64,000 bases of DNA from Dipteris shenzhenensis (lineage: Eukaryota): NCBI GenBank assembly GCA_047967505.1, contig CM106538.1. One strand, given 5' to 3'. Position 1 is the first letter of the stretch. The number at the start of each line of letters is the position of its first letter. The translations under genes and the position numbers were made by a program. The notes under the pieces are model-generated. The model did not search any database, was not told where the DNA came from, and saw nothing but the letters and a program-made list of their open reading frames with translations. Positions 36,475 through 48,700 of the stretch are shown here, one piece after another.

Positions 36475-39400
36475 AATCCTTGAATACTTTCAAGGTGCCA
36501 TTAAACAAGGTTCAACTTCATTTGAGGGACCTAAAGTACAAGAATCCACACATGAGACACCTAAGGTGTAAGAATCCACACATGAGAAAGGAAGGGATGA
36601 GACACGCCCCTAAAAAATAAACACCGATGTCAAATGCAAAAGTTCATGAGCTATAGTTCCAAGTCCTATGATAGCTACAAGTACTGAAAAAAGAGGTTGT
36701 TCATCTATAAAGAAAGGGTGAAGAAGAGAAGATGAAGAACATGAAGAGGATGCAGAGGGTCTTGAAATGGACTCAGATATAGATTCAAATTTAGAAGCAG
36801 AAATGTTATCAGTGAAGAACCTAAATCTTTGTTTGAATAAGGTAGTGACAAATGAGGATCTAGTATATATATGGGGCCAAAAGACTTCAAGTTATACATG
36901 CTTCAATAGTGATCAAAGCAAGCATCTTCACCAATAGCAGGACCTTAGATATAGTCTATGTTGAAAAGATTTTTCGGGCTTTGCTTAATGGAAAAAAACC
37001 AGTTGTTTCTAATTTGGTAATCCGTCCAAGGGCATATTGGCCAATCAAAGGAGATTCTAGTCAATCCATCTCTTTTTTTCAACCTCAAGATTTTGAGATG
37101 GAATTCACTAAGTTCCTCGAAAAACAAGTTCCCTCACTTCAGGAAGGACAAAGTTCAGTGAATGATCCACAACGACATATGACGGATGCCAAGAGAAATT
37201 TCTTAGCTCAATGCACATTTGAGGCAATAGATGGCCAGAACTATGCCTATGCTTGTAATGAGCATCCTAGAGAGGCATACAACATTTAAGGAGAAATTAC
37301 TTATGAAACCTTCGTGAATGTGCCTCAATTCCACTATTATTTTGCATGCATTTGTATCTTCAAGAACGAGAAAAAATATTTGATTGAGTCGAAAAGATTT
37401 AATCATGACATTCATGCATTACGAAAGATCATCTCCACTTCAAAGATGTTGCTCAAAGCTAGGACAACATGGAGAACATTTAATTCTCCTGTGACCACTC
37501 TCCAAAGAACTACTACTAAAGTGGAAGCAAAAAATTTTGTTGACTTCTATACATGCTTGAGTGCGATTGTACCAAGGGGAAAGCAGGAAAGAACAGAAGT
37601 GATGACAAGCTTTAAGACAGTAAGGGACAGGTATCAAGACTACACAAGCATACTTTTTCGTGCAGTGATGAAGCTTTTAATCAGATAAAAGAAGTATGTC
37701 TTGCATGTGAGAATGGAGATGTCACATATGAGGCTCCATCATTGATTGAAGATAAGGCAAAGAACCAACTCATCATCAATGCTCTATTCTGAGCCACTGG
37801 AGCACAAAAAATCATCAATGAGCACACTCTCAGAAAACCAAAAACTTTGAACAAGGGCTTTTTTTCATACATGAGATTATTTTGATAGTTTGAAAAGAGT
37901 GTTGAGTGCAAGGGAGTTTCACTGAATGATTTCTTATTTGATGACACTGCTTGGGAGAGGCCTCATCTTTTCTTTGTCTATAAAATATCACCTAATGATA
38001 TTTGTCAACTCCTTAATAGTTTATTACATACCACCATTGGTAGAGTGGGACTATGTAACATCATCATACTTGCTGATAAAGAAGACAAGGAAAAAATGTG
38101 TGCTACCTTAGAAAAACAATATGGCAATGAGCTTAAGGTTTACAATGTTATATACTCAAGAAAGAGGGACAAGAGAGAATGCAGTCTCAAGATATAGAGT
38201 CTTGAAACCTTTTTCTTGTGCATGAAGGGCCCTTACAATGATCACTAATTATAAAACAACATAAGAGGGAATGCAAAGAGATTTCAACTAATGCTAGAAG
38301 AGCATGAAGCTCCAAGTCCCCTCCATCATAGCACCAATCACTATGAAAGGCCAACAAAAAGTGCTGATCTTTTAATTAGTATGATGGAATTTTTGCCGCC
38401 GCCCAGATGGGAAGTCACATTGTGTCGAATGGGACATATGTTTAAAGCTCTTATCAGAAAAGGACACCCTATAATTATTATTGAGAGCCCCGCTTGCTTG
38501 GAATACCTTGATATCGTGGCCGCTCTCACAATGAAGTATGATAAGAAAGGTTTGATCTCACATGAAGAGGATGCTGACATAGAGATGGCCATGTATGATG
38601 AGAGCAAGAAAGAGGATGAAAATGTTGAAAGCTCTGGATATGATAGTGAGGACACCAACGGTAGTGAGGAAGTTGAAGGAGATGGATATGACATTGACCT
38701 TACCTCAAAAGGTTACATAAAAGGACCACAAAGATATCTAGAGGTATGAAAGCTTATCCTTAATTTTCTTCATTTATTTAAAAGCCCTTTTTTTAATATA
38801 ATTAATTTAAAATTTGAATCCCATAATTATTTTATCCTTTCATAGGGGGAGGAAAAGGAGGAGGATGAGGAGCACATAGCTGGAGTAGAGAATATAGGAA
38901 GCTCATCTCAAGAAAGCAAAGCTGCTCTAGCTATCCATTAGATGAGTCTAGAAAACAATCATACCTTGCAGCAAATGGGGAAGTAATTTCAAGTTAGGTT
39001 TCAAGTTAGACAACAACCTCTTACTTTTGTATTCGATAAAGAGGACATTTCAATCCTTTTAAACTCCAAGAAAGAGGTTAATGACAATGTAATAATAGCC
39101 ATCCTCAGGTTTGACACAAACTTTTTCTTGACTTTATGCTTTTTTATTTCCATTGGATCAAGTAAACTAATATTATTTTCTTTTTATTATAGTATGGTTT
39201 TAGAACCACTTCCCCTATATATACAGAGACATGCAATATATATGGTCGATCCTCTTGTTTCTAATATACTTAGCAACAAGCAAAAGACCATTAATGATGT
39301 TTTCAAGTGGTTGCAACCTATTTATTTTACTGAGGCATGAGATATCTTTACTGCATATCACAAGGAGTAAGTATCAATCCTTACTTAGCTTATCTCTTAC

Positions 39401-39723
39401 ATCGTGGAGGATTATGTCAAATAATAATTATACTTAATTGATAATGCAGCTCGCATTAGAGCTTGGTGACTGTGGACATCTTAGCCAAGCAATGTTTCTT
39501 TGTTAATTCAATAGCATCTATCCATGGTAGTGTGTCATAATAAGTATAACCTACTTGTGTCACAATTACTTCAATTAGATGCATCATATGCAATGCGCAC
39601 ATTCATTTATGTTATCTATTTTGATGTGTAGATCGGCTTGGAAGTTGGTAGGTGTTATAGATGCACTTATGCAATTGGAAGGTGACTTAGAATATCAAAT
39701 AGAGTATGTAACATGCCCAGCAG
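36475..39723 (+). pseudogene. Cargo gene copy 3, older and more diverged, with internal deletions
   Basis: Colinear with about 9695-13597. Deletions near 36610 and 37765, many stops, same intron positions. Confidence 0.9.
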
Positions 39724-40578
39724 TGAACTTACAATCAGCAGTAGCTCTCAGCTCATACTCGTTTCTACAAACTTACAGTCAGCAGTAGCTCTCGGTTCGT
39801 TATAGCAACATCTGCCCACGTGCAGTTTACAGATCTCCAATATTTATTTATTTTTAAAAAAAGAGCCTCCGGTTTTGGGAGAAGGAGCCGAGCAGCACAG
39901 AATTCTATAGAGACCTTGTCTCTCTTCTGCTACACGACCACTCCACGACCACATCAGTGGACGTGCAGTCCTACAACCTCATCATAGCGGCCACTTCTTT
40001 TGTTTCTGCCAATTACACGTCGCGTAAAAAATTGAAGGCTTGTAGAATGACAACGAATTAAGTCAAAGGAAAATCCTTTGACTTCAAATAAAGGTACCCT
40101 AAAGTGAAAAGGCCCTCAAAAGGGATTCATTTATTTTTTTTAAAAAAAAGAGACGTTCTTTTTTTTCCCCTTTCCTTGGCGATCTGCAACACAAAAGTGA
40201 GAGGCCACTCCACCGACCATCAAAGGCATATGAAAAAAAAAAGAGAAGAAGAAGACCATAGTCAAAATTTGAACGCTTCAATCAAGAAGGCGATTGGAAC
40301 CACGAATCACCAAGCAATTAATTGGAGATCAGTTGAGCACAAGACAACTACAAGAGACATCATCGATCACATATCTCCCACTCTAGTCTTTTCTACCTCC
40401 AAATCAAAGAGCAAGATAAGTGATTTCTTTGCTTTATATTTCATACACTTAGTATCTTCCGCCGTCCGTTGTCTTACCATACACTTGAATCACATCTTTA
40501 TTTCATCCGCTTAATTCTCATACATTTAATATCTTTATTTTTCCTCCATTTTGCTTTATTTGTATTTATTGCATTATC

Positions 40579-43500
40579 ATGGCACATCAGCCGCAACCAT
40601 CCACGCTCCAAGTGCAGTTAGATACACTTCAAGCACAGTTGGCCGATGAGCATGAGCATAGGGAGAGATTGGAAAAGAAAATCAATGGTAAGAAGAGGAA
40701 GAGACATTCATATGATGATTAGTCATCCGACAATGACACTATTATCAGGACAGTCAAAGCCACACTAAGAGCACAAAATTCGAGGAAGAAGAGTAAGATA
40801 AGTAGAAAAGCTTTCTCATTTCAAAATTTTGATGGAAAGAAAGAAGCATGCAGTGTCTTGTCTTGGATTTGTCAGCAGCTAGATGATTATTTTTCAGGGG
40901 AGAAATTCTCTAAAAAAGATAAGATTAAATGTGTTGCAAATCATTTAGTAGAGAGTGCTGCACTTTGGTGGAACATCACTAAGCACAATAAAAGGCGATC
41001 AAAATCTTGGAAGTTTTTTCAAAGGCTCATCAAGAGAGATTTCCTTCCCTCACATTTCAAAATCAAAAGCTAGACAACTATGGGATACTTTTAGGTAGTT
41101 CGATAAGCAAACAATCTCCACATATACTGATAGATTTTTGCAAATGTTGATCCAACTACAATCCTTAGAGAAAGTTAATGAGCGAGATCAACGTAGAAAG
41201 TATGTGGTAGGTCTAAAGTCTAAGTTGAGAGCCGAGATTAACATGTTTCATCCTCGCTCACTGAGCTCAGCAATTTCTCTTGCAATGAATTGTGAAAGGA
41301 AGAATGGGATCCCAAAAGAAGGGAAAGATATAGAACGGCATGTATCTTTCCATAAGAAAAAGAGATTTGATAAAAAGCCTTTTTTTAAATCTAAAAATGG
41401 TTTTTCTCCACAGAGGACAGATTCTTCTTCAAAGCCAAATGGTGGGAACTTTCCAAAGAAATAAATAAGGTGCTTCAAGTGCAACAAGGTGGGACACATA
41501 GCCACTGAGTATCTTGAAAGAAAGAAGACCTCGACAATGAAAGTGCACATGATTGACGACGAAGCAGCCAAGCAAGAGGGAGGTAAGTATAATTGTCATG
41601 CTCTTCTAAAGATGAAAGGTTTCATTAATGGCAAAGAGGTGGTTATTCTACATGATGATGGTAGTACTCATGATTTCATTTCAGAAAGAACCTTAGCAAA
41701 GCTAAACGTAGAGTTTTTCCCATCTAACTGTAAGGTCAAAGCTGCTTTTACCAAAACAAAGTACAATTGTACTAGAGAAGTCAAGAATCTTGAAATCTCA
41801 ATCAAACCTTACAAGGATACATGAGACTTTCTAGTGGCACCCCTACAGGGAGTGGACATCATCTTAGGAATGCCATGGAGGCATCAATACAATCCTAAGA
41901 TAGACTACAATTCACATCAGATGTGGATTGAGAAGGACAGACAAGAAATATGTCTAAACAGCTCAATGAAACCTGAGATCAGTCCTTTAATCAACCACAC
42001 ACAAGCCAAAAGATCAATTAGAAAACGTGAGAAGACATATCTAATTTTGGTAAATACAGTAATGATTACTCAGTCAAACACTAAGCCTATGCACCGAAAA
42101 TTTCTTTCTTAAATTTCTGATTGTTTCTTAGAGGATTTACTGCCTGGACTACCATGTTCTTGACCTGAAGATCATAGGATATAAATCATACTGGGCAATA
42201 CTCCACCTTGCAAAGCTCCTTATAGAGTCAATCAACCAGAACAAAAGGAAATTCAAAAGCAAGTGGAGGAACTAATAGAGAGAGGATTGATAAGGCCCAA
42301 TAGTTCTCCTTATGGAGCACGCGTCTTATTAGTCAAAAAGAAAAATGGAACCTACCTAATGTGCATAGACTATCATGCACTGAACAAAATCACAGTGAAG
42401 AACAAATATCCAATCCCTAGGATTGATGATCTTTTGGACAAATTGAAAATGGCCAAGGTCTTCAGTAAGATAGATCTCAAATCTAGCTATCATCAAGTTC
42501 ATATGGTAGAAGAGGATATATACAAGACTACTTTTAGAACTCAAACGGGACATTATGAGTTCCTAGTTATGCCTTTTGGGCTAACTAATGCTCTAACTAC
42601 TTTTAGTAGAATGATGAACCAAATCCTTCTTAAACACCAAGATTGTGTGGTAGTATTTTTCGATAATATTTTGGTGTTTAGCAAAGATGTTGAGGAGCAT
42701 AAAGAACATCTGAAGCTAGTCTTTTCACTCTTGAAAGAAAATCAATTGTACATAAATCTTGAAAAGAGCAATTTCTTTCAAGATCAGATAGAGTATTTGG
42801 GTCACATTGTATCCATTGATGGGATTCAAGTAGATCCAAAGAAGATTGAGTGCATAGTCACATGGCCTAAACCCCACGATATACATGAATTGAGATCATT
42901 CTTGGGATTGTGTAGCTTTTATAGAAAGTTTGTCAAGAATTTCGCATACATTGCACATCCATTGATAGGCCTTCTTAGTAAAGCTAAGCATTTCTTATGG
43001 ACTAAGCATTAAGATAAATCTTTTATAGCTTTGAAAGAAGCTCTCACACAAGCACTTGTGTTGCAACTACCCGATTTCTCTAGACCATTCTTTGTAGTTG
43101 TAACTGATGCTAGTGGATATGGAATTGGAGCTATACTTATGCAAGATGGACATTCAATAGTATATGAGAGTCGAAAATTAAAACCAAAAGAATGCAATTA
43201 TAGTACATATGATAAAGAATTAACCACTATTGTGCATGCCTTACGAATGTGGAAACATTATTTGATGGGATTTGAGTTTCTTATCAAAACCTATCAGCAA
43301 AGTATCAAGCATTTGTTGACTCAGCCACTTACATCCGATAGGCACATCAAGTAGGCATCATTTATATAGAGTTTTCAACCCTGATTCAGTATCAACCTGG
43401 AAAGGAAAATGTAGTTATTGATGCTCTTATCAGAAAGACAAGTATTAATCACATCACTGCTATAGAGACCCAAAGGAACTTTTAAAGGTATGAAGAATTC

Positions 43501-43726
43501 TTATCAAGGGGATCCAGACTTCTCCGATATATGGAAAAAATTAGAGAATAACAATTGGAATCCTATGTTGGACTATTCATGCAATGATGGATACCTCTTT
43601 TATCAAAAGAAATTATGCATCACTCGACCCTTTAGACAAATTGTAATGGAGGAAATGCACCAACCACCATATATGGGACATAGGGGAGTGACTGCCACTT
43701 TACAAGTGATAGCAATTACATTCTAG
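40579..43726 (+). pseudogene. Ty3/gypsy (chromovirus-like) gag-pol, decayed, truncated in the integrase
   Basis: ESAALWW gag, CFKCNKVGH knuckle, DDGSTHDFIS protease, YPIPRIDDLLD and VMPFGLTNA RT, TDASGYGIGA RNase H, HQPPYMGHRG integrase start. 39724-40578 is probably its 5' UTR; no LTR identified. Confidence 0.92.
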
Positions 43727-43966
43727 TACCATAATTATTTGCCATCAACAATGAATTACATTATGTACATACATCAGATATGGAAGTAAATAATACACTA
43801 CAAGATTCCACATGAAAATGAAAGCTCAAAGTTGAAAATCTACAAGAAAAATACTTTCCAAAGGATTCTATTACAAAAAATATTTACAACCATCTTTGCA
43901 CAAAATTGCTTTTGACAACCAAAATTGGTGTCCATAGTGAATACAACAAAAAATCTTATCTATGGC

Positions 43967-44756
43967 CTAAGTTGAGGGTCTTCTCTGATCCGCCTTGCCA
44001 GCCAGCAGCTGCATGTCTTTTGCCATGATCGTAACCCTCTTGGCATGGATTGCACACAAGTTTATGTCCTCAAGAAGAGTTACGATCACCACTTCTACTG
44101 CTTCTTGTATGGCAGCTAGTACGATTGATTGAATACAATAATCATCCCTGTAGGACTGCATAATCTCTTTCACCAATCGAGCGAACGGAGCTCTTGGAAT
44201 TAGAAGGTTCATGCTACTTTGATACTTTCTTATCTCTTGAAGTGCCTTCCTTTCAGGATTTCTGTGGTGTCTTCTAGGGACTCCACCTCCTCCTCCATCT
44301 CGCCTACTGTGAGCTTTGCCTTTTCCTTTTGTTGTGTGATGCAATTCTGGCAAAGATTTTCCACCCTTTCTAGAATGTGGAAAGTCCTGAGGAGCATTGT
44401 GCCATGCGGGTCATCATTGTTGGCTCTCCATTTGTGCCCTTTGTTGTTGAGCCAATTGAATTTGCATTTGTGTGGCATCTTCTTGTCCTCTGGCCCATTC
44501 TTCTAATCTGCATCTTTTGCGCTCCTGTTCTTCTGGTCTACTTTTTGGATCTTGAGGTGCCTCGGGCTGACTTTGAGGATTGGATTGCTCCCCATGATCT
44601 TCTTCATCATCATCTATTTGCTCATTGGTTTCTGTCCTCTCCTCCTTCTCCTCCTCCTCTTGCCTCCTCTTCCTTCTCTCTTCGATCATTGCATTGTATA
44701 CATCTGGAGGGATTGGGAGCTTTAACCGATCTTCCAGTTTGCTTTGTTCTTGCCAT
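43967..44756 (-). pseudogene. Divergent histone H3-like gene with a long acidic/Gln-rich N-tail insertion
   Basis: ATG at 44756 gives MARTKQTGRS. Histone fold [28 protein letters not shown]...[22 protein letters not shown]. One frameshift near 44713 and two adjacent TGA near 44411-44416. TATATATA about 100 nt upstream. Confidence 0.88.
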
Positions 44757-45297
44757 GTCGGTGATGGTGGGGCTATGGGAAATGTGACAGTAGGAAGGAA
44801 TGTACTAGTATCGGAGAGTACTGGTGGTTCTGAGAAAATGAAGGTATTTGCATATATATAGGGGTATATTTATTTTGTGCATCATTATTAGTTAGCCCCA
44901 ACCCTCTTCCCACTTTACCCCCCTTCAACCCCTCCTTCCCCCCCCCCTATTTGTCATCGTCCCCTCGGGGGTTAACCTCACAAAATTTTAGTGTACCACG
45001 TGCATTGTAAAGAAGTGATATTTATCAAAAAAATTACTTAGTTCATTAAAACATTGGGTTTTTTCATTCAACTTTAGGAAAAAATATGTAAAGAGGGGTG
45101 TTTGTTTTGGGGAAAAAAACTTATTTAAGGGGTTTTTGAAATTCCCCTTGAACTCCCGTGAGGTTACTCCCCCAACCTTTTCTCATCGCCCGCCATTGTT
45201 GGGACCACAAGTACAAAATTTAACACTTGTTTTTAAAAAAAAGAGCCAATTGATCAAATGTCCACAAGAAATATTGAAGTGCAATTTTAATTAACAT

Positions 45298-45670
45298 CAA
45301 AGTGCATTTGGTTTAGCGATCCAATGCTTTCCGACATGACTTCTGGTTGCTATCCAACTTCTATGTTTTTGGGAAGCTTGTGAAGATATCCATGAATGCC
45401 TTCTTTTACTCATTTGAGTTTGATGAACTACTTGGGCTAACTCCAGTTGCAAAGCTTTATTCCTTGCATAGGAGGACTTGACTATACCACAATAGAACCA
45501 CTTGAACATCTCATGAAGAGCATTACTTTCATTAATCCCCCTCCATGCTGCGTACTCTTGAAATAAGCACCTTTAGCTCTATAATGAGACTTTTCCATCC
45601 CTTGGGCACTCCAAGCATTCAAAGAACCATATTGGCAAAAAAACCATGGATCATGAGCATAAAGAATGTG
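45298..45670 (-). pseudogene. RAG1/Transib-like transposase, last exon
   Basis: AG acceptor at 45671, then HILYAHDPWFFCQYGSLNAWSAQGMEKSH, which resembles RAG1 [29 protein letters not shown]. Confidence 0.75.
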
Positions 45671-45712
45671 CTGCATACATAGAAAAAACACATGAGGTAA
45701 ACAAGAATAAAT

Positions 45713-48700
45713 TGTTAGATATCAATGCTCCACTCTCATGTAACTACATGGGAACCAACTAACTCTAATTGTAAGCCTCCCATATGAGGAGAAGGAATTT
45801 GAGTAGCTCAGTTATCTAGTAAGTCCTGGTTTGGACACCAGATGGGGGCCATGTGTGGCCTAATGGCTAGACAGCTTCAAATAGAGTTGGCACACTACCA
45901 ACTAGGCTACATGCAAGTGCGGGAAGGCATCCCATGACTAACCACACTGAGGGTAGATGAAGCATTTCCCGGGGCAGCCCACTCTCGGGTTGCCGGGCCC
46001 GTTTGGAGCCCAGATGATCCCAGAACGGTGACCATAGGTCAATTTCTCTAGTTTGCACATGGTTCTATCGTGTGGTCAGTGGCCTATTTCAGGACTAAAT
46101 CCCAGCCGGTTGTTTTGGGCAGACTGGGTCAGTCACCCAATTGGGTCTGACCGACTACGATTGGTGGCTATATAAGAGCAAGCCTGTGAAGCCCACCATC
46201 TATTGTATCAGTTTTACAGTAATCAAAATTTTGATTCTCCATACTATCAGCTTTTCTCTCTTGCATACGAGATCCTGTTATCTGTTGAGCAGAGATGTTG
46301 TATTGTTTTCTTACATGGTATCAGAGCTTGGGCTCTAGCAAGAAGATTTGGTAGTGTGTTTCTATTTGTGAGCAGATTGTGAGAGATGGCCCAACCCGCA
46401 AGACTACGAATCGCAACCCGCAAGACTACGAATCCCACCATTCAGCAAAAGTGGAAAGTTGGACGACACTAAATATCCACTCTGGAAGTTCAAGATTAAG
46501 ACCATCTTAAGCACATATGAGCTTTAAAATACCGCTATTAGGGTGGATGTGAAGCCGATTGTGAGACCGAATCCAACCAATGCAGGACAACAAATAGTAC
46601 CAAATGCAAATGAGATTCTTGCGTGGACAAGAAGAAATGCAGATGCGCTGTGTTCTATTGTCTACAGTGTAAGTGACTCTGTCATGGCGTTAATTCAACA
46701 TGTCAACACAGCGGAGGAAGCATGGACGGTCTTGAAAAATCAGGTCGAGGCCACAAATCAGACACGGATTCAAAATCTAGAGACTCAATTCGTGAACGAG
46801 AAACTGTTTGAGCCTGAAGCGGTAGAGAAGTTCATTACCATGGTGAAGAATCTATGCGATCAGATGACTGTGATTGGCATCACCATCACCAACGAGAATC
46901 TAGCATGAAGGTGCATACAGATTCTCCCACCAAAGTACGACGGTCTTGTTATGATGCTGAATATGCAGAACAGAAATCTGCCCCTCAACTTTGAGGATTT
47001 CAGCACGATGCTTCTGGAGGAGGAGATGCATCAAAAGACAAGGACTGGAGAAGATTCGGCTTTCTCAGCTGGATCAAAGAAAGGTAAGGGTAAGAACTCT
47101 AGTAACCCATCTTCTTTTGATGATAAAAAGAGAAAGAAGAAGATCAAGTGCTTCTATAGCAACAAGGCAGGGTAGTAAAGAAAGAGTCTAGCAACAGCGT
47201 GCAGGTAGTACCAGTAGAGCTGTTTGTAGCAATTGAGGAGATTTGCATAGAGGCAGTTCATGTACCTGCAGATGAACCTTGGATTATTGACAGTGGTGCA
47301 TCGCCACATGACCAATCAGAAGGATTGGTATACCTCTCTACATCCGGTAGGAAATGACATCCTGGTAGCAGTTGGCAATGATGCAAAATGTCCAACAAAA
47401 AGGAAAAGGTACGATTGCTCTCAAGTCAGATGGAGTTGTAAAACAGTTGTCCGATGTTCTTTATGTGCCAGATATCAAGAGGAACTTGTTTCCGTTTCTG
47501 CAATCACGGATCGGGACCTCAAAGTTCAATTCGATAAGAATGGTGCACAGATTTTGGATCGTCAAGGAAAGGTCATTGGTAAAGGTACACAGCACAACAA
47601 CATCTACGAACTCTCAACTTTCAATGCTCGAGCCGATGTGAAGAACACTAAACTGTGGCATGAGAGGTTTGGTCATCTAAACCTTAGTTCTTTAAAGGAG
47701 ATGCATAAAAGTGGAATGATTGCAAACCTACTAGAAATTATAGATCTGCCTGATGTTTGTGAAGCTTGCATGATGGGGAAGCAGCATCGACAGCCCTTTC
47801 CTAAAGAGGCTAGTAGGGCAAAGGCTCCTCTAGAGCTCGTTCACACAGACCTCTGTGAAAAGATGGAGACAGAAGCTTTGGGTGGTTCCTACTACTACAT
47901 GATGTTGATCAACGACTACAATGGAAGGATATGGATATCCTTCCTAAAGACTAAAGATCAAGCTTTTAGTAAGTTCAAAGAATGGCATGTAATGGTCGAG
48001 AAAGAAATGGGAGGAAGGTGAAGAAGTTGAGATCAGACAGAGGTGGAGAGTTCACATCAAGTGAATTCGAAAGTTACTACAAAAGTCATAGGATCAAGAG
48101 GCACAAACCCTCGCCACATACATCATAGCAAAATGGAGTAGCAGAGCACAAGATGCGCATCATCTGTGAAATGGGTAGAAGTATGATGAAAGGAAAAGAT
48201 TTGCCAAAGACTTTCTGGGCTGAAGCATGTAACACGGCAGTTTACATTCTGAATCATAGCTACACGAAGGCTGTGAATGGGATGACTCCATTGTAGGCCT
48301 TTTTTGGTAAGAAACCTTCAGCTGCACATTTTAGAGTTTTTGGATGTGACTGTTTTGTGCATGTCCCTAATGCTAACAGGACCAAATGGGAACCAAAGAG
48401 CCGGAAGTGTATTTTCTTGGGCTAGAGTGAAGAGGTGAAGGGTTACCGTGTCTATAACCCTGTTACCAAGAAGGTAATAGTAAGTCGTGATGTGGTCTTC
48501 TCAGAATAGCCACATCAATTGGAGGAGGATGCTTCCCTCACAAACAACCAGGACCAAGATATCCATCCAGTACAACCACCAACAGCAAACCGAACTCCCC
48601 CAACGGTGCTTAGGAGGATTCAAGATAAAGAAGAGGAAGAAGAGCTTGTGGAACCACAATGGCAATGCCATTCCCAAAGTGGGTAAAGCAGCTTTTGGAT

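Noticed and set aside
39724-40578. 5' LTR of the gypsy element
   Set aside because: Begins with TG, but no PBS, partner LTR or TSD was found. The TGGCAC at 40580 is the gag start, not a PBS.
43967-44353. Functional CENH3
   Set aside because: Loop 1 is not lengthened, there are no introns, and the gene has a frameshift and stops. Only some substitutions are CENH3-like.
44990-45010. RSS-like or Transib TIR between the transposase and the H3 gene
   Set aside because: Only a CACGTG with no nonamer or partner, which is too short to support.
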